From contig JAHRHZ010000168.1 in the NCBI GenBank assembly GCA_024137785.1, positions 55,839-113,185 of the forward strand: 57,347 nucleotides of DNA, given 5' to 3'. The translations under genes were made by a program, and so were the position numbers. Shown here piece by piece: positions 1 through 10,476 of this stretch; positions within the stretch are counted from its first letter, which is position 1; each line of letters opens with the position of its first letter. The stretch is from Ginglymostoma cirratum. Lineage: Eukaryota. The notes below the pieces were generated by a model. That model did not search any database, had not been told where the DNA came from, and saw nothing but the letters and a program-made list of their open reading frames with translations.

Positions 1-501
1 TGGATGAACTGTTCGAGCTCCTCGTGGGAGCACGAGGCGGCGCCGATACAGTCATCAATGTAACGGACGAAGAGGTGGGGTTTAGGGCCAGTGTAGGTAC
101 GGAAGAGGGATTGTTCCACGTAACCTACAAAGAGGCAGGCATAGCTTGGGCCCATGCGGGTACCCATGGCCACCCCCTTTATCTGTAGGAAGTGGGAGGA
201 ATTGAAAGAAAAGTTGTTGAGGGTGAAACGAGTTTGGCTAAGCGGATCAGGGTGTCGGTGGAGGGGGATTGGTCAGTTCTGCGGGACAGGAAGAAGCGGA
301 GGGCCTTTAGGCCATCAGCATGGGGAATACAGGTGTATAGGGACTGGACGTCCACAGTAAAAATGAGGTGTTGGGGACCGGGGAATTGGAAGTTCTGGAG
401 GAGGTGGAGGGCGTGGGTGGTGTCACGGACGTATCCTGGACCAAGGGGATGAAAATGGAGTCTAGGTAGGTGGAGATGAGTTCGGTGGAGCAGGAGCAGG
501 T
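1..501 (-). mobile_element. Penelope-like element (PLE) reverse transcriptase fragment, inverted relative to the adjoining 3' part
   Basis: Minus-strand translation gives FTVDVQSLYTCIPH, GVAMGTRMGPSYACLFVG and the catalytic RYIDD motif; frameshifted; runs off the window start. Confidence 0.9.
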
Positions 502-1410
502 GGACCGCTTTGCAGAACACCTGCGCTCAGTCTGCAACAAACAACTGCACCTCCCAGTCGCGAACCATTTCAACTCCCCCTCCGATTCCTCAGATGACAT
601 GTCCATCCTGGGCCTCCTGCAATGCCTCAGTGATGCCACCCGAAGGCTGCAGGAACAGCAAATCATATTCAGCCCGGGAACCCTGCAGCCCAATGGCATC
701 AATGTGGATTTCACAAGCTTCAAAATCTCCCCTCCCCCAACCGCATCCCAAAACCAGCCCAGCTCATCTCCACCTCCCTAACCTGTTTTTTCTCTCACCT
801 ATCCCCTCCTCCCACCTCAAGCCACACCCCNNNNNNNNNNNNNNNNNNNNNNNNNNNNNNNNNNNNNNNNNNNNNNNNNNNNNNNNNNNNNNNNNNNNNN
901 NNNNNNNNNNNNNNNNNNNNNNNNNNNNNNATCAATGTGGATTTCACAAGCTTCAAAATCTCCCCTCCCCAACCGCATCCCAAAACCAGCCCAGCTCATC
1001 TCCACCTCCCTAACCTGTTTTTTCTCTCACCTATCCCCTCCTCCCACCTCAAGCCACACCCCCATCTCCTATCTCCTAACATCATCCCGCCCCCTTGACC
1101 TGTCCGTCCTCCCTGGACTGACCTATCTCCTCCCTACCCCCCTACCTACACTCACCTTTACTGGCTTCATCCCCGCCTCTTCGACTTGTCTCCTCTCCAC
1201 CTATCCTCTCCTCTATCCATCCTCTATCCGACTCCCCCTCTCTCCCTATTTATTTCAGAACCCTCTTCCCCTCCCCCATTTCTGATGAAGTGTTTAGGCC
1301 CGAAACGTCAAGTTTTCCTGCTCCTATGATGCTGCTTGACCTGCTGTGTTCATCCAGCCCCATGCTTGTTATCTCGGATTCTCCAGCATCTGCAGTACCT
1401 TTCATCTCTG
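502..1410 (+). mobile_element. PLE GIY-YIG endonuclease C-terminus plus 3' terminal repeat (pLTR)
   Basis: DRFAEHLRSV..PVANHFNS..LGTLQPNGIN-type sequence, then a pyrimidine-rich tract and a terminal repeat also found at 42646-42745, 43155-43239 and 44827-44904; spans a 100-N gap. Confidence 0.88.
1278..1313 (+). ncRNA. Minimal type I hammerhead ribozyme motif in PLE terminal repeat
   Basis: CTGATGA(1282-1288)-A-stem II (GTGTTTAGGCCC, one mismatch)-GAAACGTC(1302-1309); palindromic ACGT stem III; short stem I ATTT/AAGT. Confidence 0.7.
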
Positions 1411-1644
1411 ATACAATGTTAAAACATGGCTCCGGGCCTTTTTCAAGGATTCGGCATAGTGTGCCAGTCCTCAAGGATCCCTCACTCCAGGTATAGTAAT
1501 GACCACATGACAAAGCTCCAGGCATCACCACCACCGCAGCTGATGACCCACCAAGAACCACCACACATGATAACCCAACTATCCTCGTGTTTCCAGCTCA
1601 AATGGGAAAATGAATCCTTTCCCACACTCAACAGGTCCACCGAT

Positions 1645-2035
1645 TCTTGCTGTTGTAGCACTGTGAGAGATATATATATATCCTCAACCCAATGGCTGGA
1701 GGTGCTGTGACTGATAGATACCTCAACCCTGCAGCCTATTGGTGCTATAACCAATGTACATCGGATAAGCACAGTCATCCCTGCCGCTAGGTGGCGATGT
1801 AAGACAGATATATGCTTTTGTGTACGTGCACATACACTTATCTCCACTACTGGTGACATTGTAACTGATATTTATCCTCATCACTGTTTCTGGATGACTC
1901 AACAACTGACATATATCCTTATCTCCATTGCTGAAGTCACCTGAGACGGATATATAACCCCATTCCTGCCGCTAGGTCACGCTATGAAAGACGTGTATCT
2001 TCATCCCAAATGATGGATGACGCTATCACTGACGA
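1645..2035. repeat. Degenerate ~41-bp minisatellite (about 9 units)
   Basis: Units approximate CCCTGCCGCTRGGTGRCGCTRTGACTGATATATATCCTCAT; related arrays at 3645-3797 and 36345-36510. Confidence 0.75.
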
Positions 2036-2214
2036 TTTCTTTTCCTCCGTACTCATTACTTCCCTTAAATTCACATCAGTTTTCTATAGTTTCAATGATT
2101 GAAATAATTGATCGTGCAGTACTTACTTTCCTTTGCAAATTCTTCATATGCCTGGCAAATTTCCTTTCGAGTCATTCCAAATTTTAATGTAAAATTTCAG
2201 GGAAAAGGTCATAC

Positions 2215-2505
2215 AGCCAGAGAGTTACAGAACTGTACAGCACAGAAACAGACCCTTCAATCCAATTGTTCCAATCCAACCAGCTACCCTAATCTGATTA
2301 AGTCCCATTTGCCAGCATTTGGCCCATATCTGTCGAAATCCTTCCGATTAATGTACCAACGAAATACATTTTATTCTTCTGATCGCATCACCCTTCACCG
2401 CTTCCTCTGGCAGCTCGTTCCACACACCCACTAACCTATGTGACAAAAAGTTACCCCGTAGGTCACTTGGAAATCTTTTTCCCTCTCACCACAAACCTAT
2501 GCCCC
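2215..2505 (-). mobile_element. CR1 LINE 3' end fragment
   Basis: Resembles the 3' UTR/ORF2 tail of the other CR1 copies in the window; homologous to 36680-37065. Confidence 0.65.
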
Positions 2506-3644
2506 TCACCCATTTTCCCCACTCCCTGTGGGACTGAAACCAAGACTTCCCCACTCACCCTAGACTAAGTCCCCCATTTTCCCGAACTTCCCATTTGACC
2601 CGGGCCCTGTGGATGCGAGTGCAAAAGCCTCTGCACTGCCCGGGGGAGCGAACTCCCTATTCTCCCCACTCCCGTGAGTTGAAGTCCAAGATTCTTTCCT
2701 ACTCTCTGTCGGAACGAGTCCATCATTCTCCCTATTCCCTGTGGAAGTGAATCCCACATCATTCCCATTCACCAGCGTAGTGAGGGTCCCTAGTTCTCAC
2801 AATTCTCTTGCTGAAGTTGATTCTTTTCAATTTCCCATTGCATTTTTGGCGACTGTTTCATGTTGCTGGCCCCATGCTCTTGCCTCTCAACCTTACCCCG
2901 ATTCCAAACTATACCCAACACCAGATGTGAGATCTGGAAGAAGTTAGATTTTGGAAAAAGGATGCCATTTGCACGCATGTGTGCATTTTAATAATCTCAC
3001 TCCATACATTTTAGGTGATGCTCATTGTGTATCTGTGTTTAACTCGAGCCATAAATTTCAAATTCTCCATTTTGAGAACACAAGTTGATTTCATTTTGCA
3101 GCACACTTGGCTTGCGGGATAATTCAGATGGTACATCTTCACACAAGTCAATCGAGTTAAGAATGTTAGCCACTACTACCACTGGTGATGATATTCATAA
3201 AGAAACTTACGCTTAATGTTTTTAAAACAGAGAGCAAATTCTGTCAGTATGTGTGCTCATCATTGGTTATAAAAAGTGCAATCTCCTGGCATTAAAGCAT
3301 TTGCTTATTTTCCATTGAAAGTCCAACAGCTGCTGACTCGTCAATGCCATCTGAAAGAGGTCAATAAGCTACCATTTTGTCTGATAGAAAGGAAATTAAA
3401 CAGGGCGAACCACTCAACATGGACCTAAACACTGGTATTGTCAAGGTGGAGGTGTTGAGGGTGAGATTCCAGACTAGCGTGACATGCTGAAAATGTGCTG
3501 GTTCTGTTCATTTTTGAGGCGATTACTTGGCTGGAGTTTGAAAGAAAGTAGACCCACTACAAATATCAACGCAGTGTGGAGATTTAGTGGAGAGATTCCT
3601 GTCGACAGATTCAGAATCCAGGCTCGACTTCTGCTGGAAGAGGG

Positions 3645-3797
3645 TGCAACATTATCCTTGCTGCTGGGAGTCTCAGAGACAGATATATATTCTCATCCAT
3701 GCTGCTGGGTTACTCCGTGACTGGTATATATCTACCGCTGCTGCTGGTTGTCGCTGTAATTCATAAAGACCCATATCCCTGTCTCTCGGTGGCTCAG
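3645..3797. repeat. ~41-bp minisatellite units abutting a Gypsy LTR
   Basis: Same unit as 1645-2035 (..gatatatattctcatccatgctgctgggttactccgtgactg..). Confidence 0.6.
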
Positions 3798-4805
3798 TGT
3801 TATGAAGAGGGGGAACCTCTCCGATAATTAACCCGAAAAACCAGCCCCAATTTGTTAGGACGGGAGTAGATGTTCCGTTCTCATAATTAAATCTGAAGTA
3901 CCCAGAGAAGCTCGCCTTGCCCCTCATCTTCTGTTAAAAGCATAGTTAAATGAAAAGAATCCTGATACTCACGTTCTAAGCAACCAGTAACAAATAATTT
4001 TATTTAACTCTGACAGTGAGCAAATTAAAAGAACTACGAACAAACCAAACAATTCCCACAACTCCTATGTGTTCCTTAACTGAACAAAATTATACTGGTA
4101 CGCTTTTTCAATAATCGCAAGTCCCAATTATATAACCCAAGTAGTAAGAAAAAAATGAATTAAAACTTTGTGTCTCAAAGTTCATACAGAGTGTGTCTTC
4201 CGCAGTGCTTTGCCTTCTCCACTGTCTCTTCAGCCGATTTTCTGATGATCCTGCTGTCCAGGATGCTTTCTTGGTAATTTCTTCTGTGACGACTCTTAGC
4301 TAGAAGTGCCGTGGTACGTTTGATGTGGCATTTTCTTTTCAAGAGCTGTACTATTTTGTGTGAGAGCTCGGTTTATTTCTCAGATGGCAGATTCGCTTGC
4401 ACTTCAGATGGCAGTTCGCTCTCACCCCGATTTTCAAAATCCCCCTTCTTATATACCCCCAATGACACAACAATTTTGTATAACATGATTGATTTCAGGT
4501 TGTCAAAACCATCTGTTTTAATTCAGCTGGTTTTCAGTTGCTGAGTGCATAGTTTAAATGAATTGGTTGAGTCTAGTTTATTGCCAAAATGCAAAAACGA
4601 AACTGGTGTTTTGTCCGCCAACGTAAGGCCTTTGGTACACTTGTTTCAGTTTTGTGCTTTCTGAACAGTACTTCCAAACTTCCAAGCACAGACAGAACAC
4701 AATTTTTTAAAGAGACTATGTACTGCTTTTCCCCACTATTATTTATAAAAACAAATTTAGCTATCTGCTTTACAATCCATGGGCATTCTACTCAACTCTG
4801 TTACA
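3798..4805 (-). mobile_element. 3' LTR of Gypsy element 1
   Basis: Minus strand begins TGTAACA at 4805 and ends ATAACA at 3798; immediately preceded by polypurine tract AAGCGGGAGG (4815-4806). Confidence 0.8.
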
Positions 4806-5962
4806 CCTCCCGCTTAACAAAACCTTGACCATCATTGTGAAAAGTTGGCTTAATTTTCTATTTTCTAAATATTAACACGATTGGCACCAAATACATACAT
4901 CAGTACTCTAAAGCCATACTTTTCATACCGCTTCTGCATATATATAACATTGGACCAGTTCTGTCTTAACAACACATTTTCTTTTAAACCCGAGATAACG
5001 CATCTGCAATAACATTTTACGACCCTCAACATGTACAATCTGCAAATTAAAAGCCTGTAACATAAGAGTCCAAAGAAATAGTCCTATGTCTTTGCCTTAA
5101 ATCTTTCCAAAAGGATGAGAGTGTTGTGGTCTGTAAAGAACTGTCTCTGAAACACTGTTAGTAACATGAACAGTGAAATGATGTAAGGCCAGTACCAAAC
5201 TCAATAATTCTTTTTCAATTGTGGAGTATTTTCTCTGATGAACATTGAGTTCCTTTGAAAAGTAAGAATTTGTCTTTTCAGTTCCATCAATATCCTACTG
5301 CATCAACAAAGCTCCTCCCCATATTACATTAATGTCAAAAGCTACTTTAAAGGGTTTCAAGAAAATTGGTGTGGCTAAAACTGGTGCGGTGATTTACACA
5401 GCTTTTAAATTCCCAATTATCTGCTGGCATTGTTCTGTCTAATGACATTTCATATTCTTCTTTAGCAAATCTGTCTGTGGTACCACCATGCCACGAACGT
5501 TTTGTATACACTTCTGGTAGAGTCCGGTCAGTCACAAAGATCAAAACACCTTTTCCCTTGAGGATGGTCTTGGAAATTCCTTGATAGCCTTCATCTTCAC
5601 GGTCCTCGGGGTCATCCTCCCATGTCCAATGCTGTGGCCTAAGAACATCACTTCTGTGTTCGCCAATTCAGTTGTTGATAAAGTTATAAACAGTTTTGCC
5701 TCCCGTAGTCTTCTAAGAGCTCAGCCAATTGCGCAGTGTGATCTTTCCAAGAATGGCTAAAGATCACTAAGTCATCTATATAGACTACACAATTAGTCGA
5801 TCCTGCTACACTCTGGTCCGTTCTTCATTCCAAAGCGCAATACTTTAACAGTCCATTTGGTGTTACAAAAGCAGAAACTTCTTTTGCTGACTTCGACAAA
5901 AATACTTGTCAGTACATGCAGTAGTTCTGGTTGGTTCGCTCATCGAGCTAGTTCATTAGATC

Positions 5963-6002
5963 GCAAACGTTTCATTAGCCTGCTGGGAAACATCATCAGT
6001 GC
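5963..6002 (-). ncRNA. Hammerhead ribozyme motif (PLE inverted repeat copy)
   Basis: Reverse complement reads GCA-CTGATGA-TGTTTCCCAGCAGGCTAAT-GAAACGTT-TGC; stem II degenerate. Confidence 0.55.
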
Positions 6003-6405
6003 AGCCTCCAGTGAAGCATTGTTCTATTTTCCCGCTTGCTATTCATGAGTTGATCGCCTCGTTTCCCTTTTTTTTTGCAGTGATGTGTATATGGGGTCTA
6101 ATTCATGGATACCAACTGGCAACAAAAAGACACAACCAATACTCACTCGTCTCCATGCATACAGACAAGCAGAACCACCAGTTCAGTTGGGACAACGTCA
6201 GGATCCTATGACAAGCCAAGCAGAGACAGGCACGGGAATTCCTGGAGGTGTGGTTCTCCACCAAGAAGGCCACCAAAAAACACATAGAATTAGACCCTTT
6301 GTATACACCACTGCAAAGAAATACCGGAAATGAAGTAATCAACTCCAACACACTAGAGAGTTTAAATAGCTAGCGGGAAAATACAACAAATCTTCAACAG
6401 AAGTT

Positions 6406-6445
6406 GCACTGTTGATGTTACCCACCAGAGTAATGAAACGTCAGC
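6406..6445 (+). ncRNA. Hammerhead ribozyme motif with core mutation
   Basis: CTGTTGA (A>T in the CUGAUGA box)-GTTAC..GTAAT stem II-GAAACGTC. Confidence 0.5.
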
Positions 6446-8414
6446 AAACTAATGAACCAGCTTGGCAAGGGAACTAACCACAGCATCCAAAACCCAAACC
6501 ATGAATCAACTCAAGAATATTAAACCATGCAGTAGGAATTTTGTGATGTAAGTGGCTGGTCCTACTTTTTCCATTCAGTCCTCGAGCATTGGAATTGAGT
6601 ATGAGTCCGCTTTAGTTATGGCATTGAACTTGTCAAAATCCATGCAAAATTGTCGAGTGCTGTACTGTCAGATTTGGGAACCAACATAATCGGCAAGCTC
6701 ACTTGCTTTGACTCAGCTCGAAAAAGTCTTCTTGGAGCATTGCTTCCACTTCCTCCGGCACCTGTTTGGCTTTGAGTGGATAAAGCCTGTAAGGGCGTGG
6801 TAGTATCGGAACAGCATTCCCTACTTCAACCTCATGTACTGTAGTCCTCCCATTCTATTCCCACATATATCCTCACATAGCTGCAACAAGCCTTTAAATT
6901 CAGTTCTCCGCTCCTGAAGCAGATAGCTCACTATCCTCTCCCATTCTCCAAGGACTTCTTCCCTATTTAATTTATTTTGAGGAACATTAAAACACAAATC
7001 ATGTGAATTTGATTTCTCACTCTGAGGGGCAGTGACTAATACCTGCTTCTCCGGTTGCTTGGGCCTGTCATAATATGGTTTCAACATATTCACATGGCAT
7101 ATTTACCAGATAATTCACCTGACTCAACTTGTGCTCATTCTGATAAGGACCTCTGAACCTTGCTTTGAAGGGATTTCCCACCACTGGTAACAGCGCCAAT
7201 ACGTTATCTCCTCGGGCAAATGTCAGAATTTTAGATTTCTTATCTGTTTCTTGCTTCGTTAGATGCTGTGTGACCTTCAGATGTTGTCTAGCTAATTCGC
7301 CGACTCTGGTTAACCTTTCTCTCACATCATAATCCAAACTGTGAGATCTCTGACTTCAGATTTATCAACTTTTCCTTAATTAATATTAAAGGCCTTCTCA
7401 CTTCGTAAACAAATATCAACTCAAATGGAGTAAACTGAGTTGATTCATTTGCGGCATCTCTCATGGCAAAGAATATAAATGGGATACTTTTATCCGAATC
7501 GTTTGGCAATAAGTCCTGTCAATAAGCCCTTGGCATTTTTTTTTTGGGACTGATGCCACACTTCCAATGCTCACTAGGATTCAGGATGGTATGCACTCGA
7601 TTTAAAGTATTTGATGTTTAAACTATTTAAACTGTTTAAACGAAAAAAATTGGCAATAAAATTGGACCCTTGGTCTGACAGAATCTCCCTGGGTAGGCCA
7701 TAACGGGTAAAGATAGCAAACAACTCCTCCAAAGCCTTTTTTTGCCTTGACATTCCATTATTGAATTGCCTCTGTAAATCTGGTGGGCACATCCATTAGT
7801 GTTCGCAAATATTGGTTCCATTTTTTTGTCCTAGGGAGTAGACATACACAATCAGTTGTAACCCAAGTGAAAGGTTCTTCAAATGCAGGATTTGGCATCA
7901 AAGGCGCTTGTTTAATTACCGCCTGTGGCTTTCCTACCATTTGATAAGTATGACAGGTACGGCAGAATTCAATGGCATCCTTATGCAATCCAGCCCAACA
8001 GAACTGTTTTTGTATTTTACCCTTCGCTTTCCTCAATCCTAAATGACATCTGGCAGGTTGCTCGTGTGCTATCTGTAATACTTCCCGTCTGTACACTGTC
8101 AACAACACAATCTGGTGAATTTGCGCCCATTTCTCATCTGCACAAACCTGCCAAGGTCTCCATTTCCACCTTAAGATTCTGTCCTTAAGACAAATAACAC
8201 TGGGGAATACACTCTGATTCCTTTTCCGAGTAGGCTTCATGATATAGATATTTTATTGTCTTATCTCTGTGTTGTAACTCCCGTAATATTTGGAAACTAA
8301 ACACCTCTGCTGATCCTCTACATGTTCAGCTTTTCCTTTACTATTTCATCAAACAGGGTGTCAGCTAACTGGACCTCAACTCCTTCACCTTTCTCTTTAG
8401 CTCTTCTTGCGGTG

Positions 8415-8939
8415 ACGTATGACTATGGTATGTTTGGATACACAGTCCGGATGAACAGAAGAAACACCATCAAAATAGCATTGGTACCAACGGCACAACT
8501 AGTTACTGTTCCTGAGAGAAAATTGACGGATTGCTGACAGAAGAATCTGCGAAAAACGCACGGAACTTTATGGAAGGCACAGAACCTGGCTGTAATTTCA
8601 AGACACAGATTCTAAATTTTTATATAAGTGGGTTTTATATTTATTGGAACAACATACCATTTGAATCTTTGTTTATTTGAGCACAGGTAGTAGTTAGAAG
8701 GGAATTGTTTGGTTTGTCATTACTTAAGTGAATTTGTTCACTGTTAGAGACAGATAAATAAATTTTTACTTGTTGAGTTTGAGGACAATGTCAGAGGTTT
8801 ATTTTATTTAACTACTGGAAGTTGCTGAAAAGCAAGTTAAGCCATTTTTCACACTCCTTTTACAGATTATAGTGCGTATGCTCCTCTTTGGGTGTTTAGG
8901 TTTTAATTTTCAGAGGGGATCAACCTCCACTTTATAACA
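8415..8939 (+). mobile_element. 5' LTR (partial) of Gypsy element 2
   Basis: Ends ..TTATAACA at 8939, followed by PBS-like ..CTCGTCCG and gag; homologous LTR copy at 45165-45565; left edge approximate. Confidence 0.65.
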
Positions 8940-9109
8940 GACTGTGTCTCGTCCGTGTTTTGAGCTGGTTTAAACAGGTTTAGGGGACAAAAGTTTCCAC
9001 CTAATTTAAACAGACTGGGGTCCTATTGTCTTAGATCTTTAAATAAAACTCAAGTCAAAAGTTGAAAATCTTTTAAAGTCATCTGCTTATTTTTCATGAA
9101 ATCAAAAGT

Positions 9110-10050
9110 GGGGTATTGGCACTGAGAGTTTTCTGTGTGTGGAAGAAGTGACTGGGTGTTTTACAAAAGGTAAGCAAGGAAAAGCTGTTGCAATTGGCAG
9201 ATAAGCTGGAGCTGGGGTTGCCTTTGTCTGTGAGAAATGGAGAGGTAATTACAGCAATGGTTCGACATTTAAATTTGCTGGAAATGCCATCAGAATCGTT
9301 GGAAATGGCTACAATTCAATTGTGGATGAAGCAACTTGAACATGAAAGAGAACTGATACATTTTGAATTACGGTTAAAAGCAGAGGAAAGGAAAGAATTG
9401 CCGTTGCAGAACAAAAAGAAACTGAAAGAACTGCCCTAGCAGAACGGAAGGAAAAAGGAAGAATTGCCCTGGCAGAACAAAAGAAAGTAGCGGGAAGGTC
9501 TTAGCAGAAGAAAGGGAAAGAGAGATAGAAGTTGAACTACAGAAGTTGGCAATTAGAGAGGAAAGTGAACTTGGGAGGATGGATGTGAAGGTAGAATGTA
9601 GGCTTGTGAGGATGATAGCGATGGTGATCAAACCTATTGTAGCCAACAGCCTAGTATGGATACTTACAAATATGTCCAATTATTACCAACATTTGATGGA
9701 AAAGATTTAGAAGCCTTTCTCATTTCCTTTGAGAAATTGGTTGAACAGATGAACTGACCAAGTTGAAGGCGGGGCTGATGAGCTGTTTGCTGCACTATCA
9801 GAGGAGGTGTCAGAAGAATATGAAGAAGTAAAACAATCTATATTGAGCCCCTAAGAATTGGTACCAGAAGTATATAGACAACGGTTTAGGAATGTATGAA
9901 AAGATTCAGGTCAGACTTATAAAATGTTGGAAAGAATTAAACAGAGCAACTTCAATAGATAGATGGGAGCATTAAAGGTACAAAAGACATATGAGGGTCT
10001 TAGAGAGATTACTGTGCTGGAGGAGTTTAAAAACTCACTTCCAGATGTGA
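9110..10050 (+). mobile_element. Gypsy element 2 gag remnant with SCAN-like C-terminal domain
   Basis: LADKLELGLP N-terminus, coiled coil, AFLISFEKL, and ELVPEVYRQRFRN..VLEEFKNSLP; internal stops. Confidence 0.85.
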
Positions 10051-10476
10051 CATGAACTTGGAAATGTGTCATCAGACCCTAACGACAACAAAAACAAATG
10101 CAGAATACCCCTTGTCCTCACAAAGCTTCCCACCAACCTCCGCATCCAAAGTATCATTCTCCACCACTTCCGCCAACTACAATCCGACATCACAACCAAA
10201 GAGATATTTCCCTCCCCACGCCCATCTGCTTTTCATAAGGACCACTCCATCCACAACTCTCTCAGGCACTCCACACTTCCCAAAATCCCCACCATCCCTC
10301 GCACCTTTCCCTGCAACCTCCCGACTGCCCCTATACCGACGCCCTCACTTTCATTCAAGGAACAAAACAAACCTTACAATAGCAGGCAGGGGTTAACCTG
10401 TAAATCAGTCAACTTGGTCTACTGTATTCGCTGCTCCCGATATGGCCTCCTCTACATTGGTGAGTCCAAACGTAGA
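10051..10476 (+). mobile_element. PLE fragment (RT thumb/linker + GIY-YIG N-half) nested in Gypsy 2
   Basis: RIPLVLT..KEIFPSP..LTCKSVNLVYCIRCSRYGLLYIGESKRR; continues at 14645. Confidence 0.9.

Larger units (their letters stand above)
5925..6525 (+). mobile_element. 5'-truncated PLE with inverted terminal repeat, inserted in the Gypsy RT
   Basis: 10-bp TSD CATGCAGTAG at 5915-5924 and 6526-6535; GIY-YIG C-terminal fragment (HQFSWDNVRIL..REFLEVWFS) at 6085-6333; terminal repeat inverted at ~5925-6080 and direct at ~6360-6525. Confidence 0.88.
4806..8400 (-). mobile_element. Gmr1-like Ty3/Gypsy pol remnant (integrase-RT-RNase H order), degraded
   Basis: H2C2 zinc finger and integrase core (GLPREILSDQGSNF) at 8240-7574, KARFRGPY at ~7150, RT (LVPK..FCMDF..NAITKADSY) at ~6800-5600, RNase H (YFSKELN..YSTIEKELL) at ~5280-5000; multiple stops and frameshifts. 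Confidence 0.9.

Noticed and set aside
698-1062. ~132-bp direct repeat (698-830 and 931-1062)
   Set aside because: The copies flank an exactly 100-N gap and differ only by one C in a homopolymer; most likely unmerged contig overlap.
1645-2035. Spaced repeats superficially like a CRISPR array
   Set aside because: Eukaryotic context, degenerate tandem units without unique spacers, no cas genes.
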